Source: Octopus vulgaris (taxonomy: Eukaryota). From it: a stretch of 64,000 nucleotides of DNA. The first letter of the stretch is position 1, and every line of letters begins with the position of its first letter. Positions 39,501 through 48,700 of the stretch are shown here, in pieces. A program made the translations under genes and the position numbers. The DNA is taken from contig OX597818.1 in NCBI GenBank assembly GCA_951406725.2, positions 41,974,001 to 42,038,000 of the forward strand, in the 5' to 3' direction. A model generated the notes under the pieces. The model searched no databases. It was not told the origin of the DNA and saw nothing but the letters and a program-made list of their open reading frames with translations.

Positions 39501-42500
39501 TAGATGGAAACTGAAAGATTCCCTTTATGTGTGTGTGTGTGTGTATGTCATAGTCACCTGATATGATAGTTGTAAATGGATGTCATGACCATATCAATGT
39601 CATATAAGCAATGTCGTTCATTTCCAATATTCTGCAAAATCTTGTCCAGCCATGGAGAAATATAACCTTTCTTGGAAACATGTGAGGGTTGGGAACAGGA
39701 AAGGTGCCTGACCATAGAAAATCTGCTTCATTAAACTCTGTTTCAGTGATGTAAGTATAGAAAAACTAGATGTTAAAATGAGGATGATTATATCATTGAT
39801 GAATTAATGTGTCTGGAAATATGTTGGGCAATATTTGTTCTGAGTTCAAATCTTGCCAAAGTCAATTTTGCTTTTTCTCTCTCTCTCTCTCCGTGGTTGA
39901 TATATATTTCTTTACTACCCACAAAGGGCTAACCACAGAGGGGACAAACAAGGACAGACAAATGGATTAAGTCGATTATATCGACCCCAGTGCGTAACTG
40001 GTACTTAATTTATCGACCCTGAAAAGATGAAAGGCAAAGTCGACCTCAGCGGAATTTGAACTCAGAACGTAATGGCAGACGAAATACGGCTACGCATTTC
40101 GCCCAGCTTGCTAACGTTTCTGTCAGCTCATCACCTTTCCGTAGTTGATATAATCAACTGTACTCTTCCCACTGAATTTCTGGCTGTGTACCGAATTTAG
40201 GATAATTGTGATTTTGAAATGTCAAACATTCAATTTAAAGAGAAAGCAATGAGAAGAGTTGACAGTATATCTTTATTAAGCTGTTAATGTCAGAACAAAA
40301 TTCTATGGTTCTAATCAAACAGAATCTAACAAAACTGATACCTCAACAAATATTCTCCTCTAAAGATTTAGTGAATGAAACAAATTTGTACCATCGTCTT
40401 CTACTATGTAACTGCTGATATAAAAAATGTGAATTTACATTAAATACGACGACCATTTACTGTCAGAAATTGAGCAGTAACCGTCACTATTTTATTGAAA
40501 TGTTATTTCAAATTATTTCAGTAAAATAGGTGATGGTGACCATGAGGCAGCTTATAACATGTTTCTGCTTCATAAATATTTTTTTTTTATTCTCTTGTCT
40601 CTGCAGTGTTAATTTGCGTGAAAGATAAAGTGGTTTTGACATGTGAGTGTGACTGGACATTAATGGTGTCAGTTAATGTATGCAAGAAATATAGCTGTGA
40701 AGAAGGACGGCCCACTGCGTGGCACCTTGGGCAAGTGTCTTCTACTATAGCCTCGGGCTGACCAAAGCCTTGTGACTGGATTTGGTAGACGGAAACTGAA
40801 AGAAGCCCGTTGTATATATGTATATATGTGTTTGTGTGTCTGTATTTGTCCCCCTAGCATTGCTTGACAACCGATGCTGGTGCGTTTATGCCCCCGTCAC
40901 TTAGCAGTTCATCAGCAAACTGGAGCCTGGTGCAGCCTTCTGGCTTCCCAGATCCCCAGTTGAACCGCCTAACCCATGCTAGCATGGAGAAATGACGTGA
41001 AACAAGTAAAAGAGAGAGAGTAAAGGCTGAGTGAAAATTGCAGGATGGCTGTGTGGTAATAAGCTTGCTTCCCAACCACATGGTTTCGGGTTTAGTTCCA
41101 TTGCATGGCACCTTGGGCCTCTTCTGTAGTCTTGGGCCTCTACTATAGCCTTGGGCTATAGTAGTGCATTGAGTGTATTGACTCTGGTCAGATTTCAGGA
41201 TTTTGGACTTCACTGATGAGATGTTACAGTATTGAGAAAAGTGTTATGGTTGTACTAGATTTGTCCAACCAATACCAGTACAAGAAGTTCCTGCAAGCAT
41301 GATTTTAATGAGAATATTTGTTAATGATTGTTCATCTTGTTCAATAACAATCTTTACTACTGATTTTATGTTCTGTTGGCAGTACAATGCCTTGACATTA
41401 CAGGTATCTCAGGCTTCATTAGTATTTGATAACACCTGTAACATATCCTAAATATTTGACCAAATCTCTTCTAAAGCTCACTTTAAATTTTCACCATACA
41501 ATCTGACTACTTGATCACTATTTGGTTGCTATTTTTTGCAAGTTGATAGGTAAAATTTCTCTGTCACACCTTTCTAGATCACTAACTTACTGATGATACT
41601 ATTCAGAATATAACTGAATGTCTTTTATGGTAGCAAAACGAACTGAATATACAGTATACAGAATTAAATGTCCTGACAAAAGTTGGAATGAAATACCAGC
41701 ATCTAATATCATCTCATAATCCACAAGCCGGTAGTTTAATACCTTGTTCATTGACCATTTCATTGTAATAAAAAATCTTTATCTCTTAGCTCATCTTACT
41801 TTGCAAAAATGTATATTCATTGTTGTTGTTAGAAACATGAAGAAACTCAGACTGAGTTCAGCAAAATGTAAGCTTAGCAATGCATTTTTATGATCATGTT
41901 GCTAAATATTTTCAAATTAAATAGAGATTGCTATTAATAAATTTAATTTAATTTATTGTTTCAGTGACAAAGAAAGTTATGGTCAGTGACTCAACTGATG
42001 TCTCTGATGAGGAAACAGAAAGAAACTCTAAACCTCCAACAGCAGCTGCACCTCTTGTACTGTCAGCTGCTCAGGTGAGTGTTGTCTTAACTTTACAACT
42101 CATAAAGTTGGTCTTAATTCATGTCAATTCATCATTGGAGTACTTAAGGTGTTCTATTTCTTGAGTTCAGTATTGATTACTGCAATTTAAGTGCTGCTTC
42201 TAACAACAGTTATATCATAAATTTAATGTTACCATGGGTTTTCAGTGCACAATTTTAATGACTAGTGACCATGGACCTTTGGAAATATGTTGTGCTTGAG
42301 AAGACTCGGCAAGCCAAGTGAGACCATAACCTCGTGGCTTATGTCAGGGGTGTAACCAGCCCACTTATGCGTACCTTTTTTTTATTGGACACTAAACTCT
42401 GCTTGCGAAGACCTGTTGGGGCAAGTGAAATCGAAATCAAAATCAAATTTGATGACTGGCATCTGTGCTAGTGGAGCGCTAAGAGTACCATCCGAGCATG

Positions 42501-45264
42501 ATCATTGCCAGAACAACAAACTGACTTCTGTGCCGGTGGCACGTAAAAAGCACCATTCGAGCGTGATCATTACCTGTGTCACCTTACTGGTACTTGTGCT
42601 GGTGGCATGTGAAATAACATTCGAGCGTGGTCATTGCCAATGCCGCTGGACTGGCTCCTGTGCAGGTGGCACATAAAAAGCACCATTTGTGTGTGACCAT
42701 TGCCAGTACCACCTGACTGGCCCTTGTGCTGGTGTCACATAAAAGCACCCACTACACTTTCAGAGTGTTTGGCGTTAGGAAGGGCATCCAGCTGCAGAAA
42801 CTTTGCCAGATCAGATTGGAGCCCGGTGCAGCCATCTGGTTCGCCAGACCTCAGCCAAATCGTCCAACCCATGCTAGCATGGAAAGTGGACGTTAAGCGA
42901 CGATGATGATGATGATTTACTTAACATGATACTACAAATCTTATCTCTTCCCAATTAACAGTTTTCTGACTCCTTGGTGATATCTCATGTCCTCATATAT
43001 ACATTTGTTAATACAAATATTTAAATTGAATTATGTGTGGTTAAGGAGTTCACCTGGCAAATACAATGTTCCAAGTTCAGTCCCACAATGTAGTGCTTTG
43101 GGCAAATGTCTTTTAGTCTAGCCCCAGATCGACCAATACATTGTGAGTGAATTTTTGTAAATGCAAAGTGAGAGGAGTCCATTGTGTGTATGTGTGTATG
43201 CATGCATTTGTACATGAGTGAATCAGCATAAATACTGACATCCTGTAGCCAATTATACAATCTTTTTTATAGCTTGCCACACGTTTAGCGCTGCGTATAT
43301 GTGCATACATTTTTTGGTAGGCGTGGGCATGGCTGTGTGATTAGGGAGCTTGCTTCCTAGCTATATGGTTTTGGGTTCATTCCCACTGCGTGGCACTTTT
43401 GGCAGGTGTCTTCTGCTATAGCCCCAAGCCAACCGAAGCTTTGTGATTGAATTCGGTAGGCGGAAGTTACTGCCATGTGTGTACGTGTGTGTGTCGGTGC
43501 TTGTGCCTCTCCGAAAGAGAGAGCGAGGGGATTTATCCTTTGCTTGTTTCAGTCATTAGACTGCGGCCATGCTAGGGCACAGCCTTTAAGAAATTTTAGT
43601 CAAATGAATCAACCAAAGTACTTATTCTTTTTTGTTTTTAAACCTGATGCTTATTCTCTCTGTCTCTTTGGCTGAACTGTTACATTACAAGGACATAAAC
43701 ACACTAACACCAGTTGTCAAGTGATTGGTGGGGACAAACACACACACACACACACACCTATGAATGGCTTCTTTCAGTTTCCATCTACCAAGACACTTGT
43801 GCAAGATGCCACACAGTGGGACTGAACCCAGAACCATGTGGTCGAGCAGCAAGCTTCTTACCTCACAGTCAAGCCTACACCAATGATGCTTAAGTTACTT
43901 GTTGCCTTAAGCTTCTAAAGATGTGTGGAATATAAAAAAATCACTTACTTGAAAAACTGGTGAGTGTTGGTGACAGAAACAGCATCCAGCTGCAAAACCC
44001 TGTCTCAAATATAAGTCCCTGTCTAGTCCATACTAACATGGAAAAATGGACATTAAATGAACAAACTATATGTAGTAGTACTAGAGTCTCTCAAAACATC
44101 TATAAACAACTGCTATCAGTAGCAAGGTTTTCATCAGTTTGCAGATGAACTTCCATCGGTTTGAAGCAAGTTCAGATTCCCTACTAACTTTTGCTTAAAT
44201 TCTATGTTAAAAAAAATGGTTTGAAATAATTCAGTTTATTGTATCGGTTCGACTCTAATAAAGCAGATTTTATCATAAAAGACATTGTAGCTGTTACCAT
44301 GCCATCTTTATAAGGCAAACTTAAGATGATGTTACCTAATGCATCTCTACTTAAAAAAGCAGGGTTTTATTTTTTGTTTTATGACGAATGACCAAGACCT
44401 TTGGTGTTATTCTGTGCTTGAGAAGAGCCATCAAGCCAAGTAAAATTGCAGTCGTGGCAGATATTGGTGTTATGCAAATGGCACCTGTGCTGGTGGTATG
44501 TAAAAGCACCTATTACACTCTCAGAGTGGTTGATGTTAGGAAGGGCATCCAGTCGTAGAAACCATTCCAAATCAGACTGGGGTCTGTTTTTGCCTTCCAG
44601 CTTGCCAGCCCTGGTCAAACCGTCCAACCCATGTCAGCATGGACAGTGGACGATAAATGATGATGATGATGAGGGAAAGCTTCCTTTCTTGACTGAAAGA
44701 TAAAAAATGACACAAGACCTCCACAACTAGCAGGAAGGAGGAGTGTATCTTCAAACCAAGCCATGTCAATCCAGAGTGGTACAGTAATCTCAGCAAACCA
44801 GTATGATCTCGAGTTCAAATTCACAGCCTCCACATCAGACCATAGTCGGTGGAGAGAACAGGCTGAGATCTTCGTCCTGTATGGACTGGTCACAGGCAAT
44901 CCAATCCAGTCTAAAGGCACCTAACATGTCAGTCGATTGTGTTAAACTGGGCGATGAGTTAAGTCTACTACCTAGGTGAGATTTGAACTCAGAATGCAAA
45001 GAATCAGAACAAATATCACAAGGCGTCCATTCTTACAGTTCCACCAAACCACCATTTTGCATTGGTATCTTTTTTTATCATTCTGAAAGGATAAAAGTCA
45101 AAATTGACCTCAAGTTGTTTTTGTGTTGTTTTTACCTCCATATGTATACTGTTATTTATTCTTCTTATTATTTTTAGCTCAAGAAACCTGTCTCGAAAAC
45201 AAGTGTTCCTGATAAAGGGCAGAAGAAGCAGTCATCCTTGATGTCATTTTTCAACAAAAAATAA
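11168..45264 (+). CDS. POLD3: DNA polymerase delta subunit 3 (p66/Cdc27/Pol32), complete spliced gene; 451 aa with one copy of the duplicated exon, 472 aa with both
   Basis: All exons are GT-AG and phase-compatible. N-terminus YLDNLDEYINDENKVVTYSWLS..LQVHVNLAKQMLFNF, LHVTYFVAG, HIYSVQK; DDEGFMVT motif; C-terminal PIP box QSSLMSFF. Confidence 0.95.
11662..11937. mobile_element. MITE-like element with ~58-bp inverted arms
   Basis: GGCATTCCTTCGA.TATAACTCGACAAAATCAAAACAT..ACTTCGGGTATTTCCGT mirrored at 11879-11937. Confidence 0.8.
13120..13452 (+). mobile_element. RTE-tail repeat
   Basis: Tandem GTGCC..TGGCAC/TAAAAAGCACC units, AGGAAGGGCATCCAGC core, (GAT)n tail. Confidence 0.85.
13706..13997 (-). 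mobile_element. RTE-tail repeat
   Basis: Same family, opposite orientation to 13120-13452. Confidence 0.85.
14561..14616 (+). CDS. POLD3: POLD3 exon 2
   Basis: ctcag|VTYSWLSITLQVHVNLAK(Q)|gtaagt. Confidence 0.93.
14871..16126. mobile_element. hAT (Charlie-like) non-autonomous element with nested insertions
   Basis: Ends CAGAGGTTCTCAA / GGTTAAGCACCACTC; 8-bp TSD TTTTATAG on both sides. Confidence 0.65.
15630..16070 (+). mobile_element. RTE-tail repeat
   Basis: Family core and (GAT)n tail. Confidence 0.85.
16342..16450 (+). CDS. POLD3: POLD3 exon 3
   Basis: cttag|MLFNFVKQQRSEKDSDCLHVTYFVAGIADKKKDGTK|gtaagg. Confidence 0.92.
16680..16961 (+). mobile_element. RTE-tail repeat
   Basis: Family core and (GAT)n tail. 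Confidence 0.85.
17653..17950 (+). mobile_element. tRNA-derived SINE
   Basis: A box TGGCCCAGTGG, B-box-like GGTTTCGTTTCCC; head shared with the copy at 28173. Confidence 0.75.
18399..18506 (+). CDS. POLD3: POLD3 exon 4
   Basis: tttag|VVFCSVVPEEKLETVKSSLQQLYSCHIYSVQKSKLK|gtcagt. Confidence 0.92.
18777..19175 (+). mobile_element. tRNA-derived SINE, near full length
   Basis: Head GGCGCAGGAGTGGCTGTGTGGTAAG..GGTTCAGTCCC, body GTGAGTGGATTTGGTAGACGGAAACTGAAAGAAGC, AAAGAT tail; many copies in the window. Confidence 0.85.
19509..19717. mobile_element. Degenerate piggyBac-type MITE
   Basis: TTAA flanks; homologous to 58149-58360. Confidence 0.65.
20383..20447 (+). CDS. POLD3: POLD3 exon 5
   Basis: tttag|DSSVLYITDYQKMKESEIDSS(R)|gtttga. 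Confidence 0.88.
20871..22007 (-). mobile_element. Internally deleted Helitron with PIF1-type helicase C-terminal remnant
   Basis: 21527-21318 reads [37 protein letters not shown]...TENIVYKEVL*; TC 5' end at 22007; imperfect hairpin and CTAG|T at 20871. Confidence 0.8.
24144..24363. mobile_element. piggyBac-type MITE
   Basis: TTAA|CCCTTTAG ... CTAAAGGG|TTAA. Confidence 0.8.
24667..24751 (+). CDS. POLD3: POLD3 exon 6
   Basis: tgcag|YSAVKYDAAQKTERKVKTEDIQPNSPLK|gtttgt. Confidence 0.85.
24810..25210 (-). mobile_element. tRNA-derived SINE (18777 family)
   Basis: Reverse-complement homology to 18777-19175. Confidence 0.85.
25565..26080 (-). mobile_element. RTE-clade LINE 3' fragment (second family, GC-rich)
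   Basis: RRLEVFDNDCLRCIL...LLQRRLQWFGHACR...WRKRAGGQLKTW...NRRAW; (CAAGTA)n-like tail. Confidence 0.85.
26717..26950 (+). mobile_element. tRNA-derived SINE (GGCGAGCTGGCAGAA head family)
   Basis: GTTCAAATTCTGCCGAGGTTGACTTTGCCTTTCATCC core; other copies near 29826, 31758, 39905 (-) and 45850 (-). Confidence 0.8.
26995..27435 (+). mobile_element. RTE-tail repeat with 4 internal tandem units
   Basis: About 67-bp units AAAAAGCACCATCC.AA..TGG.CAATGCCAGTG..CTGACTGGCTCC.TGCCAGTGGCAC. Confidence 0.85.
27923..28470 (+). mobile_element. Tandem pair of tRNA-derived SINEs
   Basis: Two different tRNA-like heads (about 27926 and 28173), each followed by AATGGACTGGCATCCC.TCCAGCTGG...GGGCCCATGAGCCTGGCT. 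Confidence 0.8.
28597..28803 (+). CDS. POLD3: POLD3 exon 7 (Asn/Ser-rich, low complexity)
   Basis: aatag|TSDETSIKTKSDSNNNNNNSN...SVIAGMFAQ...KKEQAAKK|gttggt; 207 nt, phase 0-0. Confidence 0.85.
29164..29209 (+). CDS. POLD3: POLD3 exon 8
   Basis: ttcag|VSKKPTGVLSFFSSA(G)|gtatgt. Confidence 0.85.
30035..30620 (+). mobile_element. RTE LINE 3' end plus tail
   Basis: RQLCWYGHVLHMDED...VEGTCGKGRPRKT then the tail repeat. Confidence 0.85.
30619..30654. repeat. (TAA)n microsatellite
   Basis: Direct reading. Confidence 0.95.
30671..31753 (+). mobile_element. piggyBac deletion derivative with truncated transposase N-terminus
   Basis: TTAA TSD; perfect 12-bp TIR CCCTTTCGTTAC; subterminal 25-bp direct repeat; acidic ORF 30950-31225 continuing past a stop as ALDYFLLLF..SLFEIITAETNRYA...WFPITLNEIK. 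Confidence 0.9.
32144..32649 (+). mobile_element. Mariner deletion derivative
   Basis: TA TSD; TIR TAGGTTGAGGAAAA; transposase C-terminus EVLPHPAYSPDVAPSDYGLFRSM. Confidence 0.9.
33057..33126 (+). CDS. POLD3: POLD3 exon 9
   Basis: tacag|KSESIAIKSENTEPSRNTSNNM(Q)|gtaagt; phase 1 in, phase 2 out. Confidence 0.8.
33493..33552. repeat. (CA)n microsatellite
   Basis: Direct reading. Confidence 0.95.
33990..34316 (+). mobile_element. RTE-tail repeat
   Basis: Family units and (GAT)n tail. Confidence 0.8.
34387..34424 (+). CDS. POLD3: POLD3 exon 10
   Basis: aatag|KEVKKPLQESDS|gtaaac; phase 2 in, phase 1 out. Confidence 0.8.
35625..35925 (+). mobile_element. RTE LINE reverse-transcriptase fragment
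   Basis: MQFGFVPGRSTTDAIFLVRQRQEKYLAKDKPLYLAFVDLEKAFNRV. Confidence 0.88.
36173..36235 (+). CDS. POLD3: POLD3 exon 11a
   Basis: tctag|EDDMFQTKKRRRIVRNISSEE|gtatag; 63 nt, phase 1-1. Confidence 0.85.
36570..36933 (-). mobile_element. tRNA-derived SINE (18777 family)
   Basis: Reverse-complement homology to 18777-19175. Confidence 0.85.
37719..37781 (+). CDS. POLD3: POLD3 exon 11b (tandem duplicate of 11a)
   Basis: tgtag|EDDLFQDKKRHRIVQNSSSEE|gtatag; 63 nt, phase 1-1, open frame. Confidence 0.65.
37880..38168 (-). mobile_element. tRNA-derived SINE (27923 family)
   Basis: Minus-strand head GGAGGCACATAGCCTAGTGGTTAGAGC...GGTTTGAATCTC. Confidence 0.8.
38577..38816 (+). CDS. POLD3: POLD3 exon 12
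   Basis: cttag|EMEPEEPLPSPPSPE...GKRRKRIKRQKNKRFLDDEGFM|gtctgt; 240 nt. Confidence 0.9.
39905..40136 (-). mobile_element. tRNA-derived SINE (26717 family)
   Basis: Reverse-complement homology to 26717-26950. Confidence 0.8.
41965..42074 (+). CDS. POLD3: POLD3 exon 13
   Basis: ttcag|VTKKVMVSDSTDVSDEETERNSKPP...LSAAQ|gtgagt. Confidence 0.9.
42255..42915 (+). mobile_element. RTE LINE 3' end with long tail
   Basis: ORF end (TSDHGPLE..), multiple tandem units, (GAT)n tail. Confidence 0.85.
45178..45264 (+). CDS. POLD3: POLD3 last coding exon (PIP box)
   Basis: tttag|LKKPVSKTSVPDKGQKKQSSLMSFFNKK*. Confidence 0.93.
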   Translation, partial: LKKPVSKTSVPDKGQKKQSSLMSFFNKK

Positions 45265-45650
45265 ATACATTGTTCAGGATTTTACTTTTAATATTTTCCT
45301 TAATATCTTTACTGGCCTTATCACTAATTCAGCAGTTTTATTGTATCAAACAGTTCATAAATTAAGAAAACATGTACAGCTGAAATGGAGATATCAAAGA
45401 ATACTGTGAACATTATTTTTGACTGAATTTTATTAAATTTTTCTTTTTACAAAATATCAGTTTTCTCTTTTGATTATTTTTCATGACATTTCTAAGAACA
45501 TTTTCCAGTTATGGCTTGGTGAAATCAATGAAGCTATTGTTTTATTCTCTTTCTTCATTTTCGATTTTATGAGGAGGTTACCTTGTTTACAAGACATTGC
45601 AGTGTAGTTAGTAGCTGAATAGTTACAATTGTTAGCATTTATTTGTGTTC

Positions 45651-45778
45651 TCAAGAATATTTTTTCATTATGAACTCAATCCAAGGTTGGAGTACTTGGA
45701 CTTTGGAATAAACTCCAGGATTTCTCGGCTGGCCACAACCATTTCCCCAAGAGGTCACTCCAGTAAGTGTATAGACTC
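45651..45778 (-). CDS. Serine protease last exon
   Basis: cacag|[42 protein letters not shown]. Confidence 0.92.
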
Positions 45779-48700
45779 CTGTGAAAAGAATTAGGAATTA
45801 AAAATATATTAAAATGAAGAGAATAGATCACATAAATATTGGTTTCAAATTTTGACACAAGGCCAGCAGTTTATTGATCCTGGAAAGATGAAAGGCTGAG
45901 TCAACCTCAGTAAAATTTGAACTCAGAATGCAAAGCTGGACAAAATGCCACTAAGCATTTTGCCCCTCATGCTAACAATTCTGCTAGCTCACTGCCCTAG
46001 ATTACATCAATATTACTATCTCAAACAGATCTGTTACAAATCAGTTTTGATATCCGAATCTAATAAATTCTATAATAAAAGGTTTTAAAGATAGGTCTGC
46101 CTAAGCTATGGTATAAAAATTTCTATCATGTTTACATATTTGACAAACATTGATCTAGGTAGGTTGGTACATATTTTTTCTTATCAGTTTATTTGTATGT
46201 TTATATATATATACATGCACATACCTATACGTATATATGTGTACACATTTGTAAATATTTACGATTATATGTTTAATAATCAAATATTCTTAGCTTCTCT
46301 GTTAAAAGAAGAGCCTGTGGATAAACCAAAGAGAAAAATGGAGTTGAATAATTGATTAGTTTTATGTTACATTAAAGCCACTATCAGGATTTGCTTATTG
46401 TCTCCAGGTTGTTGAGAACCCAATGATTTAATAATTTTTAGCTTCACAGTCTATTTCTAGCACAAAATCAAATTTGCATCTCATCCAAGCTAATCCTCTT
46501 TCTAATCATTTTCACAATTACTTCTGTACCTTTCATATCCTGATTCACCAATTTGATGCCTCTATGGTTTCTTCCTACTTGTGCATCTCCTTTCCTCTTG
46601 TAGCAGTTTTATGTTGATGCTGCTATGCTAACCATTCCGTATGTCATTTCCTTGTATAACTTGATTGATTACCTCATACTCTACTTCATCAGATAGTTTA
46701 TGTACCTTTGCAACTATACTTGGTAAACCATCTGCTTTCTCTGCCTTCATATCTTTAATTGCTTTATCTACCATTCTACGGTCAACATGAATAGTTGGTT
46801 TCTTTGTCAGTTCTACTTTATAAGAACTCCCTCTTTCTCATGCATTCTGCACATAGTAAGATTTAAATGTCTCTTTCTTTTGAGCATTAGTAAAAGCAAA
46901 CGAGTCTTTCATTTTTTCCCTCACTTCTCCCCAATAATATCTTGATTTTTCTCCTGTACTATGTCAAGCAATCTGGAACATCTCTTGCCTTTCATCCTAG
47001 TGTCACAAACCTCTCGTTTTCTGCCTCTGTTATACGTAACTGATATGTAGCTTCTCTTTAAAGCTAATTGATATTTTTCTCTCCTGCCCACTTTTCCACT
47101 CTTAAATTTTATTGCTCTATCTCCAGTGCTATTCCACAACTTGGTCACCTTACATCTAATTGGGACCTTTCACCAGCCACAGTCTTGGTCTTAGTTCCCA
47201 ACAGGTTGTCTCATTAGAAACTCCTAGTTTTCTTTGATGCTATAAATCTCTCTCTCTCTCTCTTCCTGCTTTCTGTTAAAAGCGCCAACTAGAACTTCAC
47301 TGAATTCAAGACCAGTCGATAGTTATTTCAGCTTCCACGTTGTCCTCCCCCAAAATGTATTTTGCCTCAGTGTCCATCTAGCTTTTACTCTTTAGTCACT
47401 AATAACTAATTTATGTTGGACGATATATTATTTATCTGGGAAGTCTACTTTTATAGCCATCTTCCTGTCTTGGTTATTGGTGAGAATACAATATGGCTTT
47501 TGTGTTTGCTTGATTGGTAGGTTACCAGGGGGCTTGTTGGCTGGTTTCCTGGAGTTTGTATTGCAAATGATTAAGTCATTTGCACTAAAGAACTCCTGGA
47601 GCTTTGATCTAACCATCATTTCATCATTTTTCATACCATAATCAAAGCCATTTTGGTTTTGTCTAAAATGTCCTTTAAAATTGCCATCCATGATATTTAT
47701 TTCCATATGTGTATATATATGTGTGTGTGTGTGTGTGTGCATTCCGTGTGTACGTGTGCATGTGTGTGTGTAATCTGTCTATGTTTACTAGTATGTCTGC
47801 ATCAACCTCTTTAGTACTTTCTCATCTCTGATATCTCAATCACTTCTCCCTCTCTCACACACAGCCCCCTTATCATTCATCTCTGTACCATACATGCCAG
47901 TATCACTTCACCACCCATCCCTATTTCTATGGCCCCTAATTTCCAGATTGAAATATTTCATGGAGCCACCCTCTAGCCTACCCTTTTTAACCTACACATA
48001 CACAACCTTCCTACACTTCAAAACATACATGCAACATCATACTCAAGTGGCATCACACAACCATCTTCTCACCATTCACCGAAGTTACACTACTCCAACC
48101 CCACATAAACCATCTAAAAACTTGGCTACAGAGCAACAATTCTTCAACCCTCCATCTTTTCAGAAACACCATAGAACATCAAGCACAACCAACCATTACA
48201 TTGAACACACACATGACAAAAGTTATTGGAGTCACATGCAGCATTCACATCACACATAAATACAGTAAAGAAGCAAAATACTGCACAAACATAATGCTAT
48301 TACAGGTACTACATTTGGCATACAGAAAGAAATATGTTTCTTTATTAGCCACACAGGGCTGAACACAGAGGGGACAAATTACAAAGTAGAGCTTTTCTTT
48401 TTGGGGAGAAAAAAAAAGATAATAAGTGGGGGTAGGTTTTTGATCAAAAGGGATAACTCCACCCGTCTAACACCTGTGGACATATTTACAAAGTCAGAAA
48501 ACAGCACAGCTCCCATGACTTTAGGAAACATTTTTTCACGCTGAGAGTTGCTGAAGCATGGAACAAACTGCTGGCATCAGTTGTTAGTTGTTGGAGCACT
48601 GCATCCTTCAAAACTTCCATGCTTTCTGAGATTCGCCAACACTGTACCTGATTTTCTCCCCTCCGTACACAAGCATGTATCTGACTCATACATTGTTCAC

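Noticed and set aside
47894-48259. 121-aa His/Thr-rich ORF
   Set aside because: C/A-rich low-complexity sequence next to a degraded LINE, with no recognisable domain or splice support.
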